Positions 46,321 through 55,546 of a DNA stretch of 64,000 bases are shown here, piece after piece (position 1 is the stretch's first letter; every line of letters starts with the position of its first letter). This DNA comes from Acidobacteriota bacterium. GTDB lineage: Bacteria; Acidobacteriota; Terriglobia; Terriglobales; Acidobacteriaceae. Below the pieces are notes generated by a model. That model saw only the letters and a program-made list of their open reading frames with translations. It was not told where the DNA came from and ran no database searches. The stretch covers positions 230,413-294,412 of the forward strand of contig JAJZBZ010000004.1 of NCBI GenBank assembly GCA_021846275.1, in the 5' to 3' direction. Position numbers and translations under genes: made by a program.

Positions 46321-47667
46321 ATGACCACCCCGCCGCATCCATCCTCCGCCGCAGATGATTTTTTCGACGTGGTGATTGTCGGTGCAGGGCTGGCTGGCCT
46401 CGCCTGTGCACGGCCTCTGGTGGCCACCGGACTGCGCGTGCGGCTCATCGAGGAGGAAGACTCGCCAGGCGGCCGTGTTCGCACGGATATTGTAGACGGC
46501 TTTCGACTGGATCGCGGCTTTCAGGTTCTGCTCACCGGCTACCCGGAGGCGCGGTCGGTCTTCGACTACGCGGCGCTCAATCTCTGCGCCTTTCGTCCCG
46601 GCGCGCTGGTCTTTCACGGCGGACGCTTCCATCGTTTTGCCGATCCCTTCCGCGAGCCGACGCGCGTCCTTCCGTTTCTCCTCGATTCCGTGATTCCACT
46701 GCGCGACAAGCTCAACATCGCGCGCCTTCGTCGCGACGTGCTGCGTTTTGATCCTGCTATGGAGGAAGCCGATCTTGACGAATCCACGCGTGATTTTCTG
46801 CGCAATCGAGATTTTTCCCCGGCCATCTTTGAGCGGTTTTTCGCGCCCTTTTTCGGCGGCGTCTTTCTGGAGCGGAATCTCAGCACCTCTTCGCGCTGGT
46901 TTCGCTGGCTCTTTCGGCTTTTCGCCACGGGCAGCGCCACCGTACCCCGGCTCGGCATGCGGGAACTGCCGCGCCAGCTTTCAGACGCCCTGCCCGTCGG
47001 GACTCTTCGTTGCAACCAGTCCGTCCAGCGCGTTGAGCGCAAGCCGGGCGCGGGCGCGCAGCCGGATCACTGGCTTGTCCATCACGCCTCTGGAGAAGCG
47101 GTTGCCGCGCGTCGCCTCGTGCTGGCCACGCCGGAGCCGCTCACGCGCTCGCTGCTTGCTTCCGTTCGACCCACAGGAGCCGCGCCACCGCGCATCTGGA
47201 ACCGCACCACAACTTTTTACTACGCCGCCAGCCAGTCTCCGCTCGACGAGCCGGTGATAGCGCTCAACGGCGACGGACCGACTGCCGGTCCGGTGAACCA
47301 CCTCGCCGTTATGAGCCAGGTCTCGCCCGATTACGCGCCCGCGGGTGCGCACCTGATCTGCGCCAACATCGTCGGAGCCGCTCCTGCCTCCGATGTCGCC
47401 ATGAATCTGCTCGAACAGGAGACGCGCGCTCACCTGCGCCGCTGGTTTGGCACGGCCGTCGATCAATGGAGCGTCCTCGGTGGTTATCCCATCCACCATG
47501 CTCTGCCGCTCACCTCCGCTCTGCCTGCCGTTTCCTCAGCGCCCACTGACAGCGGCATCGTCCTCTGCGGCGACTATCTCACCAGCCCGTCCATACAGGG
47601 TGCGCTCGTCAGCGGTCGTCTGGCCGCCGAACGCATCCTCACCGCGACTGTCTCGACTGTCTCATGA
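46321..47667 (+). CDS. NAD(P)/FAD-dependent oxidoreductase (amine-oxidase / phytoene-desaturase-like fold)
   Basis: ATG 46321 inside ORF 45616..47667. DVVIVGAGLAGLACARPL...RVRLIEEEDSPGGRVRTD is the dinucleotide-binding motif, with C-terminal CGDYLTSPSIQGALVSG. Confidence 0.8.
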   Translation: MTTPPHPSSAADDFFDVVIVGAGLAGLACARPLVATGLRVRLIEEEDSPGGRVRTDIVDGFRLDRGFQVLLTGYPEARSVFDYAALNLCAFRPGALVFHGGRFHRFADPFREPTRVLPFLLDSVIPLRDKLNIARLRRDVLRFDPAMEEADLDESTRDFLRNRDFSPAIFERFFAPFFGGVFLERNLSTSSRWFRWLFRLFATGSATVPRLGMRELPRQLSDALPVGTLRCNQSVQRVERKPGAGAQPDHWLVHHASGEAVAARRLVLATPEPLTRSLLASVRPTGAAPPRIWNRTTTFYYAASQSPLDEPVIALNGDGPTAGPVNHLAVMSQVSPDYAPAGAHLICANIVGAAPASDVAMNLLEQETRAHLRRWFGTAVDQWSVLGGYPIHHALPLTSALPAVSSAPTDSGIVLCGDYLTSPSIQGALVSGRLAAERILTATVSTVS

Positions 47668-47868
47668 TCGCGCCATGTCCCCGCCGCACTGTTGTTGCCT
47701 GCTTCCGCCGGCCGTCCGCCTCGTCGTCGTCGCTTGCCATGCGGTTGGAAGCAGTCAACTTCACCGCGTATCATGGAGGGAAAGAGTGAGAGTCAGGGCG
47801 CAGGAATTTCAAGCGAAAGAACTTCTCCGCGCAACCATGCTCCGCACCACCATTTTTTCTGAACTCTG

Positions 47869-48522
47869 ATGCTTGCTTACGCCGCCATTCCGCCCTCCAT
47901 CCACGCCGCCAGCATCGGCATCCCCGACACGTTGCTGCTCATGCTGCTCGCGCTCATGGTCTTCGGTCCGCGCCGACTGCCGGAGATTGGCCGCCAGATC
48001 GGCAAGCTCATGTACGAGTTCCGCAAAATCTCCAACGACTTCAAATTCCAGATGGAAGAAGAGCTGCGCCTGAGCGAAGAAGCCGACCGTCAGCGCCAGC
48101 TTGCCGCCACTCAGGCAACGCACACGCCGCCGCCCGCGCCAGACTTTGTCACCGCCGCGCTTCCGACCGTAACCGAGCCTTCCGCAGACACGGCCACGGA
48201 GATCGCCGCTGTTGATTCCGTTGCTGCGGATCCCGCGCCCGCCGACTCCGCTTTGCAAACTGACCAGCCAGTCGCGCAGCCAGTTTCGCAGTCGGTCACC
48301 TCAGCCATACCAACCATCCATCCGCCCACCCGCGGAGGCGTTGTTCCACGCGCATTCCGAGGACTCGTGCCGCCATCCGTCGCCGCGCCGGAATCAGCAG
48401 TCGAGCAGATCGCCGCCCCGGAGCCAGCACAGCGGCAAACCGAAGTTGCAGCCGGGCTTCCGACTCAGGCAACGCCGCCCGAGCCACAAACCACCCTCAG
48501 CAGCCCGGAAGCCAATGGATAG
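47869..48522 (+). CDS. tatA: Twin-arginine translocase TatA/TatB-family subunit (long, TatB-like tail)
   Basis: LLLMLLALMVFGPRRLPEIGRQIGKLMYEFRK is the TM helix plus amphipathic-helix signature of TatA/B. A long Pro/Ala-rich tail follows. The 3' end overlaps tatC by 8 nt. Confidence 0.8.
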   Translation: MLAYAAIPPSIHAASIGIPDTLLLMLLALMVFGPRRLPEIGRQIGKLMYEFRKISNDFKFQMEEELRLSEEADRQRQLAATQATHTPPPAPDFVTAALPTVTEPSADTATEIAAVDSVAADPAPADSALQTDQPVAQPVSQSVTSAIPTIHPPTRGGVVPRAFRGLVPPSVAAPESAVEQIAAPEPAQRQTEVAAGLPTQATPPEPQTTLSSPEANG

Positions 48523-49312
48523 CCCCGACATCATCGACCGCGCCAAAGCCGCCGTCAGCGAGCGCGCCGACCTGCCCGGCATGAGCCTCTTCGAGCACCT
48601 GGACGAACTGCGCCGCCGCCTCATTCACGTCGCCGTCGCCCTGGTCCTCGGTTACCTCGTCGCCGTCGTCTTTGCGCCGCAGTTGTACGGCCTCATGCAG
48701 GCACCGCTGAACCGCATCGGCATCCAGCTCAACTTCACCCACCCGGCAGATCTCGTCAACCTGCGCTACATTCAGATTCCCCTCGTCGGTGCCATCATTC
48801 TCGCCTCACCCTACATTCTTTTTCAGGTCTGGCTCTTCATTGCGCCGGGCCTTTATCAGCGGGAAAAGCGCTTCGTCGTGCCCTTCATGGCCTCTGCCGT
48901 CGGACTGTTCCTCACCGGCGCGAGCCTCGGTTATTTCTTCGTCTTTCCCGGCATGCTCAAGTTCCTCATCATCGACCTCAGCCACAATCTCGGCGTCCAC
49001 CCGATCATCAGCGTCGAAGAGTACACCAGCTTTTTCTTTTCCCTCATCATTGGCATGGGCGCAACCTTCGAGCTTCCGGTTGTCATCTTTTTTCTTGCCA
49101 TGTTCGGCATCGTCAGCCCGCGTTTTCTCTGGAAAAACATCCGCTACGCGATTCTGATCATCTTCATCATCGTGGAGATCATCACGCCTTCGCCGGATAT
49201 TCCCACTCAGTTCGCTTTCGCCATTCCCATGCTGCTGCTTTATCTGATCAGCATCGCTGTCGCCTGGTGGGTTCACCCCGCGCGCGGCAAAGCAAAGGAA
49301 AAATCCGCATGA
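48515..49312 (+). CDS. tatC: Twin-arginine translocase subunit TatC
   Basis: ATG 48515 inside ORF 48212..49312. MSLFEHLDELRRRLI, six TM helices and FQVWLFIAPGLYQREKR are canonical TatC. Confidence 0.92.
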   Translation: MDSPDIIDRAKAAVSERADLPGMSLFEHLDELRRRLIHVAVALVLGYLVAVVFAPQLYGLMQAPLNRIGIQLNFTHPADLVNLRYIQIPLVGAIILASPYILFQVWLFIAPGLYQREKRFVVPFMASAVGLFLTGASLGYFFVFPGMLKFLIIDLSHNLGVHPIISVEEYTSFFFSLIIGMGATFELPVVIFFLAMFGIVSPRFLWKNIRYAILIIFIIVEIITPSPDIPTQFAFAIPMLLLYLISIAVAWWVHPARGKAKEKSA

Positions 49313-50226
49313 GCCGCCCGCGTCTGCTCTCGATCCTGCTTCTGCTCACCCTGGTTGCTTCAGCGGCCTCCGCTCAGGAGCACTTTCGCGGCGACCGCGC
49401 CTTCGAGTACGCGCGCCAGTTCGTCGCCATCGGCCCGCGCTGGTGTCTCAGCCCCGGCCACGCGAAGGCAGAGGCTTTTCTGCGCGCGCAGTTTCGCCAG
49501 GACAATCTTGAGGAAGACGCCTTCACCGCCAACACAGCCATCGGTCCCGTGCCCATGCGTAACTTCATCGTGCGCTTTCCAGGCACGAAGCCCGGCATCA
49601 TCGTCCTCGCCACGCACTATGAAACCAACTATCCCCTGCGCAATATCAATTTTGTCGGAGCCAACGACGGCGGCTCCACCACCGGCCTGCTCATCGAGAT
49701 GGCCAGCGAACTTCGCGCGAAGATGACAGCCGGAAAACTTGACGGCGAAAGCGTCTGGCTCGTCTTCTTTGACGGCGAAGAGGCATTCCAAAGCTGGCAG
49801 GGCGAGGATCACACTTACGGCAGCCGCCATCTCGCCGCCAAATGGGCGCAGGACGGAACCCTGCCGCGCATTCGCGCCTTCCTGCTCACCGATATGCTCG
49901 GCGACAAGGATCTCGACATCATGCAGGACACGACCTCCACGCAGTGGCTCTCGTCGCTGGTCGGACAGGCCGCGCGCATCACCGGCTACGCGCGCTACTT
50001 TTACAAGCAGCAGGGAGCCGAAGGGGATGACCACGATCCCTTCCTTCAGCGCGGCGTTCCCGCCGTGGACATCATCGACGCCGACTACGGCCCGCACACC
50101 ATGGCCACACCCGACGGCTGGCACCACACCGCCGAGGATACGATGGACAAGATCAGCGCGCGCAGCCTCACCATCGCCGGCGATGTGCTGCTGGAGTCGA
50201 TCCACCTGCTGAACCAGCGACCCTGA
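49309..50226 (+). CDS. M28 family peptidase, glutaminyl-cyclase-like, secreted
   Basis: ATG 49309 overlaps the tatC stop (ATGA). Signal peptide MSRPRLLSILLLLTLVASAASA. LATHYET, GANDGGSTTGLLIEMA, FFDGEEAF and the C-terminal WHHTAEDT are M28/QC-like ligand blocks. Confidence 0.8.
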   Translation: MSRPRLLSILLLLTLVASAASAQEHFRGDRAFEYARQFVAIGPRWCLSPGHAKAEAFLRAQFRQDNLEEDAFTANTAIGPVPMRNFIVRFPGTKPGIIVLATHYETNYPLRNINFVGANDGGSTTGLLIEMASELRAKMTAGKLDGESVWLVFFDGEEAFQSWQGEDHTYGSRHLAAKWAQDGTLPRIRAFLLTDMLGDKDLDIMQDTTSTQWLSSLVGQAARITGYARYFYKQQGAEGDDHDPFLQRGVPAVDIIDADYGPHTMATPDGWHHTAEDTMDKISARSLTIAGDVLLESIHLLNQRP

Positions 50227-50313
50227 ACCCGTCCCTGACCCCGGCCGTGAACAGGCACGGAACAAGGCGCGACGAACGCGCTCCCGGCCCCTGTCTGCGC
50301 TACCATCAATCCA

Positions 50314-51192
50314 ATGTTCCCGCACTCCATCGCCGGCGCGCCGCTCTCCTGGTGGATTAGTTTTCACGCTGTCGTGCTGCTGCTCATCGTGTCGGACGCC
50401 GCGCTGCCCATTGCTTCCACCCCGCGTCGCAAAGCAGCGCTGGCTCTTCTTTCCAGCTTCTTCATCGCGCTCTGCGCGCTCGGCTTCGCCTTCTGGCTCA
50501 ACGCGCGACAGGGCCGCCAGCCCGCGCTCGAATTTCTCGGCGGCTACTTGGTCGAAACCTCGCTCAGCATCGACAATCTCTTCGTCCTCCTGCTGCTCTT
50601 TCGCAGCTTCCGCCTCGACCCGCGCGGCCAGCGTCGCGCGCTGCTCTGGGGCGTCGGCGGCGCCATTGTCCTGCGCGCTCTCTGCATCGCGCTTGGCATC
50701 ACGCTGCTCTCGCGTCTCGCCTGGATGCAGTTTCTCTTTGGCGCTCTGCTGCTGGTCGCCGCCCTGCGCCTGCTGCGCGAGAATCCAAGCCACGAATCCG
50801 CTTCGCCTGGCTGGCTCAGCCGTCTTCCGCGCCGCTCCTCGTCGCTCCTCTGGGTCATCCTCGCTGTCGAGCTGACAGACCTGCTCTTCGCCTTCGATTC
50901 CATCCCCGCCGTGCTTGCGCTCTCTCACAATCCCTTCGTCGTTTACACCTCGAATATCGCCGCCGTGCTCGGCCTCCGCTCGCTCTACTTCGTGCTCGCC
51001 GGGCTGCTCGATCGCCTGCGCTTTCTTCACTTCGGTCTGGCGGCGTTGCTCGCCTTTGTCGGCGCGAAAATGCTCCTCAGCCGCTGGATCGAAATCCCTG
51101 TCGCTGCTTCGCTGGCCGTGCTTGCTGCCATCCTGCTCTTCACCGCTGCTGTCTCCGCCTGGTTTCCCGCTTCGGCTCCCGCGCGGAACTGA
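50314..51192 (+). CDS. TerC family integral membrane protein
   Basis: GYLVETSLSIDNLFVLLLLF and ELTDLLFAFDSIPAVLALSHNPFVVYTSNIAAVLGLRSLYF are the duplicated TerC motifs. Confidence 0.88.
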   Translation: MFPHSIAGAPLSWWISFHAVVLLLIVSDAALPIASTPRRKAALALLSSFFIALCALGFAFWLNARQGRQPALEFLGGYLVETSLSIDNLFVLLLLFRSFRLDPRGQRRALLWGVGGAIVLRALCIALGITLLSRLAWMQFLFGALLLVAALRLLRENPSHESASPGWLSRLPRRSSSLLWVILAVELTDLLFAFDSIPAVLALSHNPFVVYTSNIAAVLGLRSLYFVLAGLLDRLRFLHFGLAALLAFVGAKMLLSRWIEIPVAASLAVLAAILLFTAAVSAWFPASAPARN

Positions 51193-51304
51193 CTGCTCAA
51201 TCCTGTCGCCATCACGTCTCCGCTGCCGTACACTGAACGCAAGCGGCGCTCGCTGCAAGCCGGGTTCGTCGCGGAGTCGTAATTCTCTCCGGAGGGTCGT
51301 GCGC

Positions 51305-52357
51305 ATGAAAAAGATCGGTGTTCTTTTTGGCATGGAAAACAGCTTTCCCGGCGCGCTCGTCGAGCGCATCAACTCCCTCCGCGTCGATGGCATCGTAGCT
51401 GAATTCGTCGAGACCGGAGCGGTTCGGCTCGACACGCCGCCCGCCTACGCTGTGATCGTCGATCGCATCTCGCATGACATCCCGTTCTATCGCGCACTGC
51501 TCAAGCATGCGGCGCTCCACGGCACGGCCATCATCAACAATCCCTTCTGGTGGTCCGCCGACGACAAATTCTTCAACTACTCGCTGGCCGCCAGACTCGG
51601 CGTCGCCGTTCCGCCCACTGTCATTCTTCCTCACAAGCGGCATCCGGAGGGAACCACGGATCGGTCCATGCGCAATCTCGAATACCCGCTCAACTGGGAC
51701 GCCGTCTTCGACTACGTGGGCGAGCATGGCTTCCTGAAGCCCGTCGATGGCGGTGGCTGGCGCGATGTCTACCACATCCACAACCGCCATCAGTTCTTCG
51801 AGGCCTATGACCAGTCCCGCGACCTCTGCATGATGTACCAGAAGGCCGTTGATTTCGACGAGTACTTTCGCTGCTACGTCGTCGGCCAGCGCAAAGTCCA
51901 CATCATGCCCTACGATCCGCGCCGTCCGCACGCCGAGCGCTACGTCCAGGATCCACCCGCGTACAACAAGGCCCTGCTCCGTCGCGTCGAGCAGGACGCG
52001 CTCAAACTCTGCCGCGCGCTCGGCTACGACCTCAACACCGTTGAGTTCGCCGTCGAAAACGGCATTCCCTTCGCCATCGACTTCATGAATCCCGCCCCGG
52101 ACGCGGACCTGCACTCAGTGGGCGAGAAAAATTTCGAGTGGATCGTCTCCGAGGTCGCCGCGCTTGCCATCGAAAAGGCAAAGAAATCTCCTCTTGAATT
52201 CAGAGAGCTGCGCTGGTCGAGCTTCCTGAATCAGGATTCGCCCGTGGCGAAGAAACCGCCGACGAAGAAAGCAAAATCAGCACCCAGGCCAGCCAGTCCT
52301 GCGGCAAAAAAGCCCGCTGCGAGAAAAGCTGCAACTCCGCCCAAAGCCGCGAACTGA
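51305..52357 (+). CDS. ATP-grasp domain protein (RimK/glutathione-synthetase-like) with a Lys/Ala/Pro-rich tail
   Basis: GGAGGG sits 8 nt before ATG 51305 (inside ORF 50915..52357). FLKPVDGGGWRDVY...YFRCYVVG...NTVEFAVENGIPFAIDFMNPAPD fits an ATP-grasp fold. Tail: AKKPPTKKAKSAPRPASPAAKKPAARKAATPPKAAN. Confidence 0.7.
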   Translation: MKKIGVLFGMENSFPGALVERINSLRVDGIVAEFVETGAVRLDTPPAYAVIVDRISHDIPFYRALLKHAALHGTAIINNPFWWSADDKFFNYSLAARLGVAVPPTVILPHKRHPEGTTDRSMRNLEYPLNWDAVFDYVGEHGFLKPVDGGGWRDVYHIHNRHQFFEAYDQSRDLCMMYQKAVDFDEYFRCYVVGQRKVHIMPYDPRRPHAERYVQDPPAYNKALLRRVEQDALKLCRALGYDLNTVEFAVENGIPFAIDFMNPAPDADLHSVGEKNFEWIVSEVAALAIEKAKKSPLEFRELRWSSFLNQDSPVAKKPPTKKAKSAPRPASPAAKKPAARKAATPPKAAN

Positions 52358-52385
52358 TCCAGCCTGCTCCTGCGCGTAAAAACAA

Positions 52386-52420
52386 AAATCCCTGCGCTGA
52401 GGTGGGCAGCGCAGGGATTT
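52386..52420. terminator. Bidirectional hairpin terminator (14-bp stem)
   Basis: aaatccctgcgctg-aggtggg-cagcgcagggattt, between the ATP-grasp gene (+) and the TonB-dependent receptor (-). Confidence 0.75.
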
Positions 52421-52445
52421 CGTTTGTGGCAGTTTTGACTCCGCG

Positions 52446-55418
52446 TCAGAAGGTGAGAACCGCCTGCACATAGATGCGTCGCACCGCCGAGCCATTCGAG
52501 TACAGTCCTCGTGCCAGGCTCTGCGACTGTCCGAAGATATCCGGCGTGTTACCCAGATTTCCCGGCGCAATCACCGTCCCATTCGGCGTTCCGTAATCGT
52601 GGTTGTTGAAGAGGTTCAGGGCCTGAACGCTGAAGTTGATATGGTATTTTTTATCCACCTGTGGTCCGCCAAAGATTCCCGGTCCGCCAGGGCTGGAGAA
52701 TCCGCCTCCGCCAAAGCCGCCGCCAGGACCGCCGCCGCCACGCCGCGGCCCGCCGCCAAATCCGAAGTGCGCCGCGCTCGTGGGTTTTGGCCCAACAGCA
52801 AACTCGCGGCTGATGCGCAGGTTGAAGGCCACCGCCGCCGGGCCGTTCCCCAGGTTGTTCTGGATCAAAGGCTCACCCGGCGAAAGTGTCGGCTCCGTAT
52901 CGAGGCATCCGTACGTCGTCTGCTTGTAGCGCGTTGAATCCGGCGTGCAGAGCGATGCCTGAGCAACGCCAGGGCGATGGATCAGGAACGTGTCGCCATA
53001 CGGATCGTTGGGCAGTGTGATGTCGAATGGATGGCCGGATCGCGCCAGCAGGAAGGGATTGAAGCGAATTCCCCACGGCCCCAGGTAATTGCCAATCACA
53101 AAGACAGTATTGCGCGAAACAAATGCGGCGCGACCATAATCCTGATGCAGGTTCAGCGAGTTCGACACCGGCGAGATCGCGTTCGTGGTCACCGTGTCGG
53201 TCGCCGCTCCGTCCGTATCCGCCACGCTTACCGTATAGAAGCCGAAGAAACCCAGACGGGGATTGATCTGCGCCCGCGTATTCAGAATCACCTGATCTTC
53301 CTTGAAAAAACCCTCGCTAAGGTATTGGTAGATATTGCCCAGCGATGCCTGATAGGTGGGTACATAAGGCGCGTTCGCATTGATCTCGACCAACTGGTGA
53401 TCGCCAGTCGTGTGCAGATAGGTGACCGTCCCGGTCATGCCCTTGGTGAGCTGCCGCTCGATGCTGCCTGCGAACTGCTGCGCATAGGGTGAGTGATAGT
53501 TCGGCGTCACCTGGTCAATGGTGCGCGTCTTTGCCTGGCCAATGTTGCAGGCCGTCGAATTGAAATTCGTCTGGCTTTGCGCAAAGCAGTTGGCCAGCTC
53601 CGCTTGCTTCGCCGCGCTGTCGTTCAGCACGGTGTACTGCTGCTGCAACAGTGAGCGGTTGATGCCCAGCAGGCTCTCAATCGTGAATCGGTCATAGAAG
53701 ATGCCGTAGCCGAGACGCAGCACGGTCTTCGAGGGCTTGCCGTTTTTCCCGTCCAGCGCCCAGGCCATCGAGACGCGCGGCGACCAGTCGTTGTGGTCCG
53801 CCACATGGTTCTGCGCCTCCCAGCGCACGCCGCCGGAGAGCGTGAGCCGCGCGTTCACGCGCCAGTCGTCGGAGGCCCACAGCGCGCCGTCGAAGACATT
53901 CGCCAGCGCATTCTGATTGCCGTTGGAGTAGGTGAGCTGGATCGGCGAGGCTGTTGCCGGAGCCTGTTCCGCTGTGGAGAAATTTGAGTTCTGCGCAAAA
54001 TAGAAACTGCCATTGAATCCCGCGTTCGAGTTGTTCGCATCGCGGAAATCCCGCGCCCGGAATCCAAACTTGATAGCATGCGCACCCAGTGAAAGCGTGG
54101 AGATATTCTGCATCTCGAGCTGGTCAAAGTGGTCGTGGCTGGCTCCCTGCGCCGAGCCGCCGGTGGAGAATCCGCCCTGCTGCACGATGATGTCCGGAGC
54201 CGTGCTGACCGGCGTCTCCGTCGTGATGGAGCGGTTGTACTCAAACCGTGTCTCGTTCACAAAGTGATCGTTGATCACCTCCGTGTCGCCGATCTGAATC
54301 TGATTGAAGTTCGCAGCGGTCTCGAATGCCAGCGTCGGCAACTGCGTCGCGCTCAGATTGCCCTGAATGTTGTTGTGGTAGTACTGATACCGCGCCGTCA
54401 GTGTGTTCTTCGCGCCAAACTGCCGGTCAATCCGCGCCGTCACGTTCGTGCGCACATGCGGATTGTTGATCGTGCCGCTCACGCCCACCGAGCAGTCGCC
54501 GGTCGCAGAACACGGTGCGTCATACGCGCTCAGGTTGTTGATGTTGCGGTGCTCGCCGGATACGAAAAACGAAGTATTCTTTTTGATCGATCCGCTCAGC
54601 GTGCCGTTGTATTGGTAGCTGTAGTAGGACGGAATCGGTGTCGTAATCAGCGGGTCAGCCGTGTTGAACTGGCTCGGGTTTCCCTGGATGAAAAACTGTC
54701 CGTGCAGCTGATCCGTGCCCGGCTTGGTCAGAATCTCGATGCGTCCGTAGCCCAGCCTGTCATATTCCGCCGAAAACGGATTCTGGTTCACGCGAATCTC
54801 GCGGATGGAAGACTTCGGTGGAAGCTGTCCGCCGGCGAATCCATCAATGTAAATCTGCCCGCCGTTCGGCCCCGCCGACGGCCCGGCCAGCGCGGACAGT
54901 TCATTCTGCAACTCCGTCGGATCATCGGACAACGCATCGATATCCTTGCCCGTAATGATCACGCTGTTGGCGTTGCTTGACGCCTCGGTGCTCACCGTTG
55001 GAGTGTCGTCGGTCACCACAACATTTTGCTGCGCCTGCTCAATCGCCATCGAGACATCGATTTTCTTCGACTGTCCCGCGGCAAGCGTGATGACAGGTGA
55101 AACAAACGGTGCAAATCCAGGCGAAGCCACCATGATCACATACGTTCCAGGAGGAACATTGTGCATCATGTAGTTGCCGCTGGCATCCGCTGTCGCCGTC
55201 GCAATCGCCTTGCCCTTGGCGTTGTTCACGGTCACCACGGCGCCCGGAATCAGTGCGCCGGTCGGGTCGGCCACCTGCCCATGCACGGTCGCTCCGGTTG
55301 CCGCAGTCGCGCTCGAATCGGTGCCATTGGTTGCCGCGCCAGTCTGCGCCGTAAGGCCCGCGCCAGCGCCCACCGCGAACAGGATCAATATCAGGAAATA
55401 TCTCAGCTTTGAGTACAC
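52446..55418 (-). CDS. TonB-dependent receptor with N-terminal carboxypeptidase-regulatory-like domain
   Basis: AGAGGGGA upstream of GTG 55418. Signal peptide, then GQVADPTGALIPGAVVTVNNAKGKAIATATADASGNYMMHNVPPGTYVIMVASPGF, a plug-like region (ITGKDIDALSDDPTELQNELSALAGP), and a barrel ending ...IYVQAVLTF. Confidence 0.85.
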   Translation of the reverse strand: MYSKLRYFLILILFAVGAGAGLTAQTGAATNGTDSSATAATGATVHGQVADPTGALIPGAVVTVNNAKGKAIATATADASGNYMMHNVPPGTYVIMVASPGFAPFVSPVITLAAGQSKKIDVSMAIEQAQQNVVVTDDTPTVSTEASSNANSVIITGKDIDALSDDPTELQNELSALAGPSAGPNGGQIYIDGFAGGQLPPKSSIREIRVNQNPFSAEYDRLGYGRIEILTKPGTDQLHGQFFIQGNPSQFNTADPLITTPIPSYYSYQYNGTLSGSIKKNTSFFVSGEHRNINNLSAYDAPCSATGDCSVGVSGTINNPHVRTNVTARIDRQFGAKNTLTARYQYYHNNIQGNLSATQLPTLAFETAANFNQIQIGDTEVINDHFVNETRFEYNRSITTETPVSTAPDIIVQQGGFSTGGSAQGASHDHFDQLEMQNISTLSLGAHAIKFGFRARDFRDANNSNAGFNGSFYFAQNSNFSTAEQAPATASPIQLTYSNGNQNALANVFDGALWASDDWRVNARLTLSGGVRWEAQNHVADHNDWSPRVSMAWALDGKNGKPSKTVLRLGYGIFYDRFTIESLLGINRSLLQQQYTVLNDSAAKQAELANCFAQSQTNFNSTACNIGQAKTRTIDQVTPNYHSPYAQQFAGSIERQLTKGMTGTVTYLHTTGDHQLVEINANAPYVPTYQASLGNIYQYLSEGFFKEDQVILNTRAQINPRLGFFGFYTVSVADTDGAATDTVTTNAISPVSNSLNLHQDYGRAAFVSRNTVFVIGNYLGPWGIRFNPFLLARSGHPFDITLPNDPYGDTFLIHRPGVAQASLCTPDSTRYKQTTYGCLDTEPTLSPGEPLIQNNLGNGPAAVAFNLRISREFAVGPKPTSAAHFGFGGGPRRGGGGPGGGFGGGGFSSPGGPGIFGGPQVDKKYHINFSVQALNLFNNHDYGTPNGTVIAPGNLGNTPDIFGQSQSLARGLYSNGSAVRRIYVQAVLTF

Positions 55419-55546
55419 GCAATCCCCTCTTGTCCGACGCGCTCATCTGCCTCGTCAGTATGAATAAAACAGCTTTTGTCCTGCCTGGCACACCGTAATC
55501 AGATCTTCGGATTACGGCCTTCTGTTCGCTTACCGCCCCGCACTAC

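Noticed and set aside
50227-50313. A yybP-ykoY (Mn2+) riboswitch, which often precedes TerC-family genes.
   Set aside because: The gap is only 87 nt, and I could not find the conserved four-way-junction core strings. Only a few degenerate CTGA-type units are visible. A cmscan would settle it.
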